NCBI GenBank assembly: GCA_018725125.1
Contig: QLTW01000001.1
Location: 1 to 57,604 of the forward strand
Reading direction: 5' to 3'
Origin: Candidatus Psychracetigena formicireducens
GTDB taxonomy: Bacteria > Coprothermobacterota > HKB111
DNA: 57,604 nt
The notes beneath the pieces are model-generated. The model worked only from the letters and a program-made list of their open reading frames with translations. It did no database searches and was not told the origin of the DNA. This document shows positions 19,033 through 28,829 of this stretch, one piece after another. The position numbers were made by a program, and so were the translations under genes. Position 1 is the first letter of the stretch; every line of letters starts with the position of its first letter.

Positions 19033-21095
19033 ATTTTCTTTTGGAAATTGGTTGCGAAGAACTACCTTCATCTTTTATCAAAAAAAGCCTGGTCAGTTTA
19101 AAATCCAATTTTGAGATACTACTTAATAAGTACTCGCTTGACTATCAAACATTGGATAGTTGGGGGGCTCCTCGTAGATTATCGGTTCATATTCAAAATA
19201 TTTCCTCCTGCTCTCCCTCCCAAATAACCGAAATAAAAGGTCCCCCAAAAAAAGTAGCTTATGACCACCTGGGAAATCCAACCTCAGCATTATTAGGTTT
19301 TATTAAAAATAATAAAGCTACCCTGGAAAATATATGTATTAAAAACGTTTCGGACCGAGAATACGTTTTTCTTACCTTGCCAGCAGAGCCTCAGAGTTCT
19401 TTAGATATTATGAAAGAACAGTTAGCAGATATAATATTTTCTCTGAAAACCGATAAAGCTATGCAATGGGATTATCAGAATATATTCTTTAGCCGCCCAA
19501 TAAGATGGATTGTTGCACTTCTGGACGATAAAATCATTCCCCTGGAAATTGGTAACCTGACTTCACAAAACAGATCATACGGACATAGATTTTTTGGTAA
19601 ATCAATCACCATTAATAATCCATTAAATTATCACCATCTTTTACGAGAAGAATTTGTAATAGTAAATCAAGAAGAACGAAAGCAATTAATTGAATCGGGT
19701 TTGAATTCAGTCGCCCAGAAATTTTCCATCAACTGGCAGAAAGATACGGAACTGTTGGACGAAGTTACCAACCTGGTTGAGTATCCTGAACTCTTAATTG
19801 GCAAAATACCTGAACAGTTTTTAACCTTACCCCAACCATTGGTTATAGCAACCATAAAACATCATATCAGGGCCTTTCCCTTTTACGATAAGAAGAATAA
19901 TTTATTGCCAATTTTTGTTGTAATATCCAACAATCCCTCACCTGAAGCCTCTAACGAGATAATTTCCGGATATGAGCAGGTGGCTAATGCCAGATTAAGG
20001 GATGCTTATTTTTTCTTCCAGGAAGACCTAAAAGTGCCCCTGGATTCCTGGAAAAATAATCTCAAAAACATAGCCTTTTTCCAGGGACTGGGTTCTTTAG
20101 CTGATAAAAATAATAGATTGGTCAGTACCGCTATAACCTGTTCTCGCCTTATTGAAGGAGTGAACCCAATTATATTTCAAAAAACATTATCCCTGCTAAA
20201 GTTTGAGCAATCTTCTCAAGTAATAAAAGAGCTTCCTGAGTTAGAAGGTGTTATGAGCAAAGTTTACGCCCTTGAACAAAAAGAAAGCGAACAAGTTGCT
20301 CAAGCATTATTAGAACATTACCTCCCCAAAAGCGGATTTGACAACCTACCAGAAACAATTATGGGTAAATGGTGCTCTATATTGGATAGAATTGACTCTT
20401 TAACAGGAATATTTTGCACAGGACATAAGCCCTCCGGTTCTGAAGACCCCTTCGGTTTACGCCGATTAGCCATTGGTTTAATAAGGAATCTTATAAGCAT
20501 TGACCAGCAAGTTGAGATTGTTCTTTTTATTAACAGTTTTATGGAAAGCTACCGTACCCAGGGAGTTAATGTTCCGAGTTTAATTTTAAGTGAAATAATT
20601 ACATTTTTACAGCAAAGATTAGAAGCTCTCTGGTTAGAAGAAGGTTATAAGTACGATGTAGTACAAGCGGTATTAAGCAATGGCTTTCCGAAAAACTTAC
20701 AGTTGTCACTCAAGAAACTTAAATTCTTAGAAAATGTTTATGAAAAAGATTCTTTTATTGACCTGGTCTTGGTTTATAAAAGGGTCCAGAATATACTCAA
20801 AAATCAAAACCTTAATCTAACTACCCCCATCATGAAAAACCATTTGATAGAAGAAGAGGAGTTTTCCCTATATGAAGCTTTACAACTAATCAGTAATAAA
20901 CTCCCCCTTACACCTTTAGAAGAATGGCTGGAATTATTTTCTTTGCTTGGGGATAAAGTCAATCAATTTTTTGATAAGGTACTGGTAATTACTGAAGATG
21001 AAAAAATCAAAACTAACCGTTTACTTCTTCTTAATAAGGTTTCCGAAGCAATCAATAATTTAGGAAATTTAAGTTGCATTACTATTCGGAGGTAA
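19029..21095 (+). CDS. glyS: Glycine--tRNA ligase beta subunit
   Basis: 688 aa with [11 protein letters not shown]-terminus and DPFGLRR motif. Overlaps the glyQ stop. Confidence 0.95.
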   Translation: MNFLLEIGCEELPSSFIKKSLVSLKSNFEILLNKYSLDYQTLDSWGAPRRLSVHIQNISSCSPSQITEIKGPPKKVAYDHLGNPTSALLGFIKNNKATLENICIKNVSDREYVFLTLPAEPQSSLDIMKEQLADIIFSLKTDKAMQWDYQNIFFSRPIRWIVALLDDKIIPLEIGNLTSQNRSYGHRFFGKSITINNPLNYHHLLREEFVIVNQEERKQLIESGLNSVAQKFSINWQKDTELLDEVTNLVEYPELLIGKIPEQFLTLPQPLVIATIKHHIRAFPFYDKKNNLLPIFVVISNNPSPEASNEIISGYEQVANARLRDAYFFFQEDLKVPLDSWKNNLKNIAFFQGLGSLADKNNRLVSTAITCSRLIEGVNPIIFQKTLSLLKFEQSSQVIKELPELEGVMSKVYALEQKESEQVAQALLEHYLPKSGFDNLPETIMGKWCSILDRIDSLTGIFCTGHKPSGSEDPFGLRRLAIGLIRNLISIDQQVEIVLFINSFMESYRTQGVNVPSLILSEIITFLQQRLEALWLEEGYKYDVVQAVLSNGFPKNLQLSLKKLKFLENVYEKDSFIDLVLVYKRVQNILKNQNLNLTTPIMKNHLIEEEEFSLYEALQLISNKLPLTPLEEWLELFSLLGDKVNQFFDKVLVITEDEKIKTNRLLLLNKVSEAINNLGNLSCITIRR

Positions 21096-21101
21096 AAAAT
21101 A

Positions 21102-22142
21102 ATGAGCAAGGCTAATCCATTTGGTGTGCATCGGGTTATGGAACCCCAGGGCGTTCTTCCCCAGGCTGCTTTTAAGCTGAACAATGATTTTACAGAGTTA
21201 TTTTCAAATGAAATTCTGATAAAAGTAGAAAGGTTAAATATTGATTCGGCATCTTTCACCCAACTTAAAAGCCAGGCACAGGGAGATGTGGAATTAATAA
21301 AAAAACAGATAACTGATATCGTAAACCAGAGAGGTAAAATGCATAATCCTGTGACTAATTCAGGGGGGATGCTTCTGGGAGAAGTTATGGAAATTGGTGA
21401 AGATACAAGAAATAAATTCCCCATACAATTAGGCTCCAAAGTTGCTACTTTAGTATCTCTTACTCTTACACCTTTATTTCTGGAAAGTATCGGTAATGTT
21501 CACTTAGACAAAGCGCAGGTTGAAGTTGAGGGCAAGGCTGTTATCTTTGAAAGCGGCAATTTAGCCAGTATTCCAACTGACTTTTCTGAAATATTAGCCC
21601 TGGCAATTTTAGATGTTGCTGGAGCTCCAATTCAGATAGGCAGACTGGTAAAACCAGGTGATACTGTGGTAGTAATAGGTGGAGGTGGTAAATCTGGTCT
21701 TCTTTCAATTGCTGAATCCAGAAGAAAAATTGGACCTAATGGGAAAATTTTGGCTCTTTGCGGTTCTCCGGTTAGCGCTAAAAGAGTGGAAAGACTTGGA
21801 TATGCTGACCATATTTGGACCCAAGATGCTACTAAGGCGCTGGCTACCTATGAAAAAGTGAAAGAGCTTACCAGAGGAAGTATGGCTGACCTGGTTATTA
21901 ATGTTGTAAATGTACCTTTTACGGAAATGTCAAGTATAATCTGTGCCAGGGATGGAGGTATTATTTATTTCTTCAGTATGGCCACCAGTTTCACGGCTGC
22001 AGCCCTGGGAGCTGAAGGTATCAGCAAAGATGTTACCATGGTAATAGGCAATGGATATGGTTATAATCACGCAGAATACACACTGGACCTTGTTAGAAAA
22101 GAACCGGTGTTAAGGAAAATACTTTCAGAAATATTTGAGTAA
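21102..22142 (+). CDS. kdd: L-erythro-3,5-diaminohexanoate dehydrogenase
   Basis: 346 aa with N-terminal NPFGVHRVMEPQGVLPQAA and a GGGGKSG nucleotide-binding loop. Lies directly upstream of kamA-kamDE-kce. Confidence 0.8.
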   Translation: MSKANPFGVHRVMEPQGVLPQAAFKLNNDFTELFSNEILIKVERLNIDSASFTQLKSQAQGDVELIKKQITDIVNQRGKMHNPVTNSGGMLLGEVMEIGEDTRNKFPIQLGSKVATLVSLTLTPLFLESIGNVHLDKAQVEVEGKAVIFESGNLASIPTDFSEILALAILDVAGAPIQIGRLVKPGDTVVVIGGGGKSGLLSIAESRRKIGPNGKILALCGSPVSAKRVERLGYADHIWTQDATKALATYEKVKELTRGSMADLVINVVNVPFTEMSSIICARDGGIIYFFSMATSFTAAALGAEGISKDVTMVIGNGYGYNHAEYTLDLVRKEPVLRKILSEIFE

Positions 22143-22156
22143 AGGAGCTATAAGAA

Positions 22157-23413
22157 ATGCGAAATTATAAAGATATAGATATTTATAGAGAGGTAACTCA
22201 AGAAGAATGGGAAGATTGGAAATGGCAAATCAAAAACCGAATAACCTCTCTTGAAGAACTGGAGAAAGTAATCAACCTGACTAATAGGGAAAAGGATGGC
22301 ATAAAGGAAACCCTTAAACTGTTTCGTATGGCCATTACCCCTTATTGGGTTTCTTTAATGGATGCTGATGACCCAGAGTGCCCCATAAGAAAACAAGCAG
22401 TCCCTACCATAGAAGAAACTATGTTTTCTGGAGCTGACCTATCTGATCCCTTAGCCGAAGACCTGGATTCACCGGTTAAGGGCATCACTCACCGATACCC
22501 AGATAGAGTTTTACTACTTATAACCGATGTTTGCGGTATGTATTGCCGACATTGTACCCGAAGAAGACTGGTGGGTAAAGTTGATAAACCCTCTAATAAA
22601 AATGTGATTGACCAGGCATTAAACTACCTTAGAAACAATACTGTCATCAGGGATGTGCTTCTATCGGGTGGTGACCCCCTGTTAGTTGATGACACTTTTC
22701 TTGAATACATCCTGGCTGAGCTTAGAAATATAAAACACGTAGAGATTATAAGAATTGGTTCACGAATACCTGTGGTTTTACCACAAAGAATTACCACTAA
22801 ACTGGTAAATATGTTAGAAAAATACCACCCCTTATGGATGAATATTCAAGTAAACCACCCCAAAGAGATTACTCCTCGTATGAAAAAAGGTATAGACCTT
22901 CTTTTAAAAGCTGGTATTCCTTTAGGAAACCAGGGTGTTCTTTTAAAAGGTATCAACGACTGCCCTTACCTACACGAAAAACTGGTACATGAATTAGTTA
23001 AAATAAGGGTAAGGCCCTATTATTTATACCAGTGTGATTTATCACAGGGCATAGAACATTTCAGGACTTCTGTTGGTGTAGGAATTAAAATTATTGAGCA
23101 CCTTAGAGGCCATACCTCTGGTTTTGCTGTACCTAACTATATAATAGATGCTCCTGGAGGTGGAGGTAAGATTCCGGTTTCACCCCAATATGTACTTGCT
23201 TTCACGGATGATAGAGTAATTTTAAGGAATTATGAAGGTGGAATTTTTTCTTACCCTGAACCACGGAACAGAATAAGTTATTGCCAGGAAGAAGCTAACG
23301 GTCACCTTAAAGAAGGTGTTGCTGCTATTATGGATGGGAATATTCCTTCACTGCTTCCTGAAGGAAATAAAAGAATGGCAAGAAGGAAAAAGCCTAAGGA
23401 TAAAAATGTTTAA
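22157..23413 (+). CDS. kamA: Lysine 2,3-aminomutase (radical SAM)
   Basis: 418 aa with the CGMYCRHCTRR radical-SAM cluster motif and conserved YPDRVLLL / SGGDPL. Confidence 0.9.
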   Translation: MRNYKDIDIYREVTQEEWEDWKWQIKNRITSLEELEKVINLTNREKDGIKETLKLFRMAITPYWVSLMDADDPECPIRKQAVPTIEETMFSGADLSDPLAEDLDSPVKGITHRYPDRVLLLITDVCGMYCRHCTRRRLVGKVDKPSNKNVIDQALNYLRNNTVIRDVLLSGGDPLLVDDTFLEYILAELRNIKHVEIIRIGSRIPVVLPQRITTKLVNMLEKYHPLWMNIQVNHPKEITPRMKKGIDLLLKAGIPLGNQGVLLKGINDCPYLHEKLVHELVKIRVRPYYLYQCDLSQGIEHFRTSVGVGIKIIEHLRGHTSGFAVPNYIIDAPGGGGKIPVSPQYVLAFTDDRVILRNYEGGIFSYPEPRNRISYCQEEANGHLKEGVAAIMDGNIPSLLPEGNKRMARRKKPKDKNV

Positions 23414-24998
23414 TTCACCTGTTGATTCCGGTATCTTGAACCTACCCCGAGACTCAATTAACGAAGCCAGATATCTGGGAAAATCAATCGCTTCTGCTGT
23501 TCATAACAAAATTAAAGACTTATCTACGCTTTCAATTGAGAGAGCCTCTTTAAGGATGCTGGGGATCAGAGGAGCTAACCAGGAAGGCACCCCCTGGGTT
23601 AATATTTTCACAGAAAAATGTCTTTCAGCTAACCTAATTCAGAATGGAGTCTTAATGATTTTAGCTCAGGTATGCAAGCATACCTCCATGAATCCTCAAC
23701 AGGCAGTAGAAATGGTCTCTGAAAATAGAATACATCTTAATGACCTAATAGAGGTTAATGGTTCTAAGGAGATAAAAAAGCTATGCGATGAACTTGCTAA
23801 TAAAGCTTATCAAAACCTTAGTAATAAAAAGAAAGAAAGGTTAAATTTTATTAACACCCTTTCTTCAGGAACAAAACCTTATTTATACGTAATAGTAGCC
23901 ACCGGAAATATCTATGAGGATGTAAAACAAGCAAAATCTGCTGCTTTGTTAGGAGCAGACATTATCGCAGTAATTAGAACTACTGCCCAAAGTTTACTGG
24001 ATTATATTCCTCAGGGGATTACTACAGAGGGCTTCGGTGGAACAGCGGCGACTCAGGAGAATTTTGCGGTTATGCGAGAGGCTTTAGATGAAGTTTCCCA
24101 AAAAACTGGTAGGTATATCAGGTTGGTTAACTATTGCTCAGGTCTGGCTATGCCTGAAATTGCCACTCTCGGTTTAATAGAAGGATTAGACATAATGGTT
24201 AACGACGCAGTATATGGCATACTTTTCCGGGATATAAATAGCTTAAGAACGCTTACTGACCAAGAATTTAGCAGGCGTATATTATCTTTTGGAGACATCA
24301 TAATTGTGACCGGTGAGGATAATTTAATTAAAACGGTGGATGCTAAAGAAATGGCACATACCGTAACAGCTTCTCAGATTATAAACTATTATCTTGCCCT
24401 TAAATCAGGTTTAAAACCAGGCTTAATTGGACTCGGACATGCTTTTGAAATGGACCCCTCGGAAAGTGACTCTTTTTTACATGAATTAGCTCAAGCCTGG
24501 TTAGTTAGAGATTTATTTCCCCAATCACCAATTAAATATATGCCTCCGACCCGCTATATGACCGGTAATATCTTTCGTGGTATGGTTTTAAATGCTGCTT
24601 TCAATTTAATAGGCGTATTAACTAATCAGGAAATACTTTTGTTAGGTATGCCTACCGAGGCTTTACATACGCCTTTTATTCAGGATAGATTTTTAAGCAT
24701 TGAAAATGCTTTATATTTTAAAAACGCTGCCGGTAACCTATCAAATGAATTTACTTTAAAGGAATCATCTCTCATGCGGAAAAGAGCTATTGAAGTATTA
24801 AATAAGGCGGTTAATCTTTTAAAAGTCATCAACCAGAAGGGACTATTTAATGCTTTGGCAGAAGGAACTTTTGCTTCTATTAAAAGACCTGAGAATATGG
24901 GCAGAGGTTTTGCTGGGGTTTTTGTTAAAGGCAGTTCCTACTATAACCCCTTTCTTTCTCTTTTACCTGATAATGCGACTGATGAAACGGAGGCTTAG
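23406..24998 (+). CDS. kamD: Beta-lysine (D-lysine) 5,6-aminomutase alpha subunit
   Basis: About 530 aa. I moved the start to ATG 23406 (MFNSPVDS...), which overlaps the kamA stop by 8 nt. It is the large TIM-barrel subunit that precedes the B12-binding subunit. Confidence 0.85.
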   Translation: MFNSPVDSGILNLPRDSINEARYLGKSIASAVHNKIKDLSTLSIERASLRMLGIRGANQEGTPWVNIFTEKCLSANLIQNGVLMILAQVCKHTSMNPQQAVEMVSENRIHLNDLIEVNGSKEIKKLCDELANKAYQNLSNKKKERLNFINTLSSGTKPYLYVIVATGNIYEDVKQAKSAALLGADIIAVIRTTAQSLLDYIPQGITTEGFGGTAATQENFAVMREALDEVSQKTGRYIRLVNYCSGLAMPEIATLGLIEGLDIMVNDAVYGILFRDINSLRTLTDQEFSRRILSFGDIIIVTGEDNLIKTVDAKEMAHTVTASQIINYYLALKSGLKPGLIGLGHAFEMDPSESDSFLHELAQAWLVRDLFPQSPIKYMPPTRYMTGNIFRGMVLNAAFNLIGVLTNQEILLLGMPTEALHTPFIQDRFLSIENALYFKNAAGNLSNEFTLKESSLMRKRAIEVLNKAVNLLKVINQKGLFNALAEGTFASIKRPENMGRGFAGVFVKGSSYYNPFLSLLPDNATDETEA

Positions 24999-25000
24999 AG

Positions 25001-25732
25001 ATGATGTTTCTTAAACCCTATGGAGACACCCTAAATGATGGAGCTATTCAAATTTCCTTTTCACTACCACATCCTCTCAATGAAACAAGCAAAAAAGTAT
25101 CCCTGGAATTAGCCCTTAAAATGGGAATAGCTAACCCCAAAATTACTTTCACTCAGGAGTTAGGGGAGGGGTTTTCTTTTTTTATTATTTACGGAAACCT
25201 TTCTCATGAAATTGATATTGACTCTATAAAAACATCTAAAGTAAAAGAACCTATAATTGATTATTGGGACATAAATAGATTAATAGAGGAAAAATTTAAT
25301 AGGAAAATTGTTATTGTGGGAGCTACCATAGGTTCGGATGCCCATACTGTAGGATTAGACGCTATTTTAAGCGCTAAAGGATATGCTGGTGATGTTGGCT
25401 TAGAAAGGTATCCAGTTTTTCAAGTCCATAATCTGGGATCCCAGATTCTTCCGGAATTGCTTTTAGAGAAGATTATGGATAAACAGGCCGATGTTGTCCT
25501 GGTCTCTCAAGTAGTCACCCAGAAGAATATCCACATTCATAACTTGACCCAATTAGTGGAGCTGATAGAGGGAGCGGGCTTGCGTGACCATATTATTACC
25601 ATCTGTGGAGGTCCTTATTTAAGCAAGGAATTAGCTTTAGAACTTGGTTATGATGGTGGGTTTGGAGCTCACAGCTTACCTTCTGAAGTTGCATCTTTTA
25701 TCGCCAGAAGATTATTAGAAAAAAGCAAATAA
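25001..25732 (+). CDS. kamE: Beta-lysine 5,6-aminomutase beta subunit (B12-binding)
   Basis: 243 aa with the cobalamin-binding DxHxxG motif (GSDAHTVG) in a Rossmann-like C-terminal domain. Confidence 0.85.
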   Translation: MMFLKPYGDTLNDGAIQISFSLPHPLNETSKKVSLELALKMGIANPKITFTQELGEGFSFFIIYGNLSHEIDIDSIKTSKVKEPIIDYWDINRLIEEKFNRKIVIVGATIGSDAHTVGLDAILSAKGYAGDVGLERYPVFQVHNLGSQILPELLLEKIMDKQADVVLVSQVVTQKNIHIHNLTQLVELIEGAGLRDHIITICGGPYLSKELALELGYDGGFGAHSLPSEVASFIARRLLEKSK

Positions 25733-25751
25733 TCATAAATGGAGCGATGAA

Positions 25752-26579
25752 ATGGATAAATTAATTATTACAGTTGCTCCGGTTGGAGCAGAAATTAGTA
25801 AAGAAGACCACCCTTACTTGCCTATAACTCCCGAAGAGATAGCTTTGGAAGTACATAAATCTCGTGAGGTAGGGGCTTCTATTTGCCACTTGCATGTAAG
25901 AGATGAAAATGGTCAACCAACCCAAAAAGCTGAGAGGTTTAATGAGGTTATCCAAAAAATCAAAGAAAAAGTTCCCGATATAATTATTCAGGTTTCTACG
26001 GGCGGAGCTGTTGGTATGACTGAAGAAGAAAGAATGGAACCTCTTACTTTGAACCCTGAAATGGCGACTTTAACCACAGGGACAGTTAATTTTGGAGAAG
26101 GGGTATTTTATAACTCACCGTCTTTTATTAAGAAGTTAGCTACCTATATGTCAGAGAAGGGAATAACTCCTGAAATTGAAGTTTTTGAAACCGGGTTTAT
26201 TCAAAATGCTCTTCAATTAGTAGACCAAAACATTCTTTCCCTGCCCTTGCATTTTGATTTTGTTTTAGGGGTACCAGGCGGGATGCCGGCAAACTTTAAA
26301 AACCTGGTTTTCCTTTCTGAACAACTACCTTTAGGGTGTACCTGGACTGTGGCTGGTATTGGAAGGTGGGAATACCCCTTAGCTATCCTGTCAATTATGA
26401 TGGGAGGCAATGTAAGAGTTGGCTTTGAAGATAACCTTTTTTTGAAAAAAGGTTTAAAAGCCACCTCTAATGCTGAACTCGTTGAAAGAGTAGCTAATTT
26501 TAGTAAGTCTTTGGGCCGTGAGATAGCAACTCCTGATGAAGCGAGACAAATACTTCATATTAAAGGGAAGAATAAATAA
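25752..26579 (+). CDS. kce: 3-keto-5-aminohexanoate cleavage enzyme (BKACE/DUF849)
   Basis: 275 aa with the LIITVAPVG...HLHVRD...QVSTGG pattern of the BKACE family. Last gene of the lysine fermentation string. Confidence 0.85.
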   Translation: MDKLIITVAPVGAEISKEDHPYLPITPEEIALEVHKSREVGASICHLHVRDENGQPTQKAERFNEVIQKIKEKVPDIIIQVSTGGAVGMTEEERMEPLTLNPEMATLTTGTVNFGEGVFYNSPSFIKKLATYMSEKGITPEIEVFETGFIQNALQLVDQNILSLPLHFDFVLGVPGGMPANFKNLVFLSEQLPLGCTWTVAGIGRWEYPLAILSIMMGGNVRVGFEDNLFLKKGLKATSNAELVERVANFSKSLGREIATPDEARQILHIKGKNK

Positions 26580-26729
26580 CTCCTGGAAATTTATAAACAA
26601 AAATACCGCAATTAGATATATAATAATATTGAAGTATGGGTATTAGCTTAAGGCAATTTACAGTTTACTGAAATCTCTCATACTGATAAAACCAGTAATG
26701 AGAAATTTATAATTTTATAGGGAGGCTTT

Positions 26730-27974
26730 ATGTTAGGTTTAGACGATTTTTTCTCCAAAAGAGCTTTAGAAGGTTATAAACCATCTGCTATTCGGGAGAT
26801 TCTGAAATACAGTTCTGATCCATCAATTATCTCTTTCGGAGGAGGTTATCCTGATCCTCAATATTTTCCCAAAGAGCATTTCACTGAAGCCATGGATTAT
26901 GTTTTATCCTCTTTAACGGACAAAGCTCTGCAATATGGGAGCACTGAAGGAGTTAAAGAATTAAGAGAATGGTTAGTAAAATTTGAGGAAGAAGAAGAAA
27001 AAGTAAAATTAGAACTGGACGAGATTATTATCACCATTGGATCTCAGCAGGGCTTTGATTTACTCTGTAAAGTTCTTCTGGACCCCGGTGACACTATTAT
27101 AGTTGAAGAGCCATCTTATATAGGTGCATTAACCGCTTTTTATGGCTTTCAGGTAAACCCTGTATCTGTTCCGATGGATGAATCAGGGATAATTCTGGAA
27201 GAATTAGAAAATATTTGCCAAAACCTCTGGAAGAAAAACATCAAGCCAAAATTAATTTATGTGATACCTAATTTTCAAAACCCAGCTGGAGTTACCCTTA
27301 GCTTAGAAAGAAGAGCTAAGGTCCTAGAAATTGCCTCAAAATACAATATGTTAGTGGTTGAAGATAATCCTTATGGTGATTTAATCTATGAGGGAAATAA
27401 AATAGTTCCTATAAAGAGTATGGACGCCGAAGGAAGAGTGGTTTATTTAAGAACCTTCTCCAAAATATTATTTCCTGGTTTAAGGCTGGGTTGGTTTATG
27501 GGAAATAAATCCTTAGTAAGAAAAGTGGTAATTGCCAAACAATCCTCCGACCTTTGTACAACCTCTCTTGGTCAGTATGCTACCTATGAGTACTGTCGTA
27601 GGGGTTATTTAAAACCTCACATTGAGTATATGGCAACCAGGTATGCTCGTAAACGGAACACCATGATACAAGCCATTGAAGAATATTTTCCCCCGGAAGT
27701 TAAATTTACCCGGCCAAGCGGAGGTTATTTCGTCTGGCTAACCCTTCCAGAGTATATTAATGCAGATGAAATGTTCTGGAAAGCAATTGAAGCTAAAGTT
27801 GCTTATGTAATTGGTTCAGCTTTTCACGTGCAAGGAAGAGGAAAAAACACCATAAGGCTGTCCTTCTCTCAAATAGGTGAACCTCTTATCATTGAAGGGA
27901 TTAAACGTTTGGCAAAAGTTATCACCCAAGAAATGGAGATTTTTGATAAAACCTCATCAGCCCCCAACTATTAG
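26730..27974 (+). CDS. PLP-dependent aminotransferase, class I/II (2-aminoadipate/aromatic aminotransferase-like)
   Basis: 414 aa with PSAIREILKY, NPYGDL and the FSKILFPGLRLGW lysine region. Confidence 0.8.
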   Translation: MLGLDDFFSKRALEGYKPSAIREILKYSSDPSIISFGGGYPDPQYFPKEHFTEAMDYVLSSLTDKALQYGSTEGVKELREWLVKFEEEEEKVKLELDEIIITIGSQQGFDLLCKVLLDPGDTIIVEEPSYIGALTAFYGFQVNPVSVPMDESGIILEELENICQNLWKKNIKPKLIYVIPNFQNPAGVTLSLERRAKVLEIASKYNMLVVEDNPYGDLIYEGNKIVPIKSMDAEGRVVYLRTFSKILFPGLRLGWFMGNKSLVRKVVIAKQSSDLCTTSLGQYATYEYCRRGYLKPHIEYMATRYARKRNTMIQAIEEYFPPEVKFTRPSGGYFVWLTLPEYINADEMFWKAIEAKVAYVIGSAFHVQGRGKNTIRLSFSQIGEPLIIEGIKRLAKVITQEMEIFDKTSSAPNY

Positions 27975-27983
27975 TTTTCTAAA

Positions 27984-28349
27984 GTGAGAAAAGATAAAGC
28001 AGCAGAAGATTATCTGGAAGCAATATTCCAATTATCCCAGGAAGGACAGGTAACAGTTTCCAGGTTATCAGATTCGCTTTTAGTCAGTAAATCAGCTGTA
28101 ACCCAAATGATAGGAAAATTAAAAGAGGAGAATTTAGTTACCCAGCCTTATTATGGTTCTATAAAGTTGACCAGTAAGGGAAACGACCTGGGGAAAAAAA
28201 TATCCGAAAGACACAAATTACTGGTAAACTTTTTAACTTTCCTGGGTGTTACTCCAGAAATAGCAGAAAAAGATGCTTGTTTAATGGAACATGGGTTGCA
28301 TGAGGAAACTATAACGCAGTTACTGGTTTTTATTGATAACAATGACTGA
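27984..28349 (+). CDS. DtxR/MntR-family metal-dependent transcriptional regulator (short form)
   Basis: 121 aa with AEDYLEAIFQL..., a winged HTH (SRLSDSLLVSKSAVTQMIGKL) and ERHKLLVNFL dimerisation helices. Confidence 0.75.
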   Translation: MRKDKAAEDYLEAIFQLSQEGQVTVSRLSDSLLVSKSAVTQMIGKLKEENLVTQPYYGSIKLTSKGNDLGKKISERHKLLVNFLTFLGVTPEIAEKDACLMEHGLHEETITQLLVFIDNND

Positions 28350-28827
28350 GCAATATCCGTATTTCATGAGTCCAACTTATGGGAAACTCCAGATAGATGA
28401 AGTATTTGATAAAATTACGCAATTCATAGAACAGGAAAAAGAGAGAAATTATGTTTTTATTGTTGGAACTGACAGCTTTACCGATATAAATTTAACTCTG
28501 GTTACAGCGGTAATTGTGCATAAAGTTGGTGCTGGAGCTATTTATTTTTACCGAAAAAAGGAAATCCCTAAGGTTTTTAGCTTAAAACAGAAGGTTCTTT
28601 ACGAAGCAACTATGAGTCTGGAAGTTGCTTGCCTGGTCACCAATCAATTATCTAAAAATGGTCTTTCTGAAGTTCGCTTGGAAATTCACCTGGATGTGGG
28701 TGGTTCTGTAAAAACCAAAGAGATCATTAAAGATGTTGTAGGTATGGTTATTGGTAATGGGTTTCTGGCTGTAGTTAAGCCTGATGCTTTTGGGGCTTCT
28801 AATGTAGCTGATAGGCATACTAAATAA
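28333..28827 (+). CDS. DUF458 / YkuK-family RNase H-like protein
   Basis: 164 aa with the VGTDS...VTAVIVHKVGAGAIYFY...EIHLDVG...KPDAFGASNVADRHTK pattern of the YkuK family. Overlaps the regulator gene by 17 nt. Confidence 0.7.
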   Translation: MITMTEQYPYFMSPTYGKLQIDEVFDKITQFIEQEKERNYVFIVGTDSFTDINLTLVTAVIVHKVGAGAIYFYRKKEIPKVFSLKQKVLYEATMSLEVACLVTNQLSKNGLSEVRLEIHLDVGGSVKTKEIIKDVVGMVIGNGFLAVVKPDAFGASNVADRHTK

Positions 28828-28829
28828 AT

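Noticed and set aside
21090-21110. Lysine riboswitch (L-box) ahead of the lysine fermentation genes; I also looked at 26580-26729.
   Set aside because: Only 6 nt separate glyS and kdd. The 150-nt region before the aminotransferase gene is AT-rich, has one weak stem, and has no L-box core motifs.
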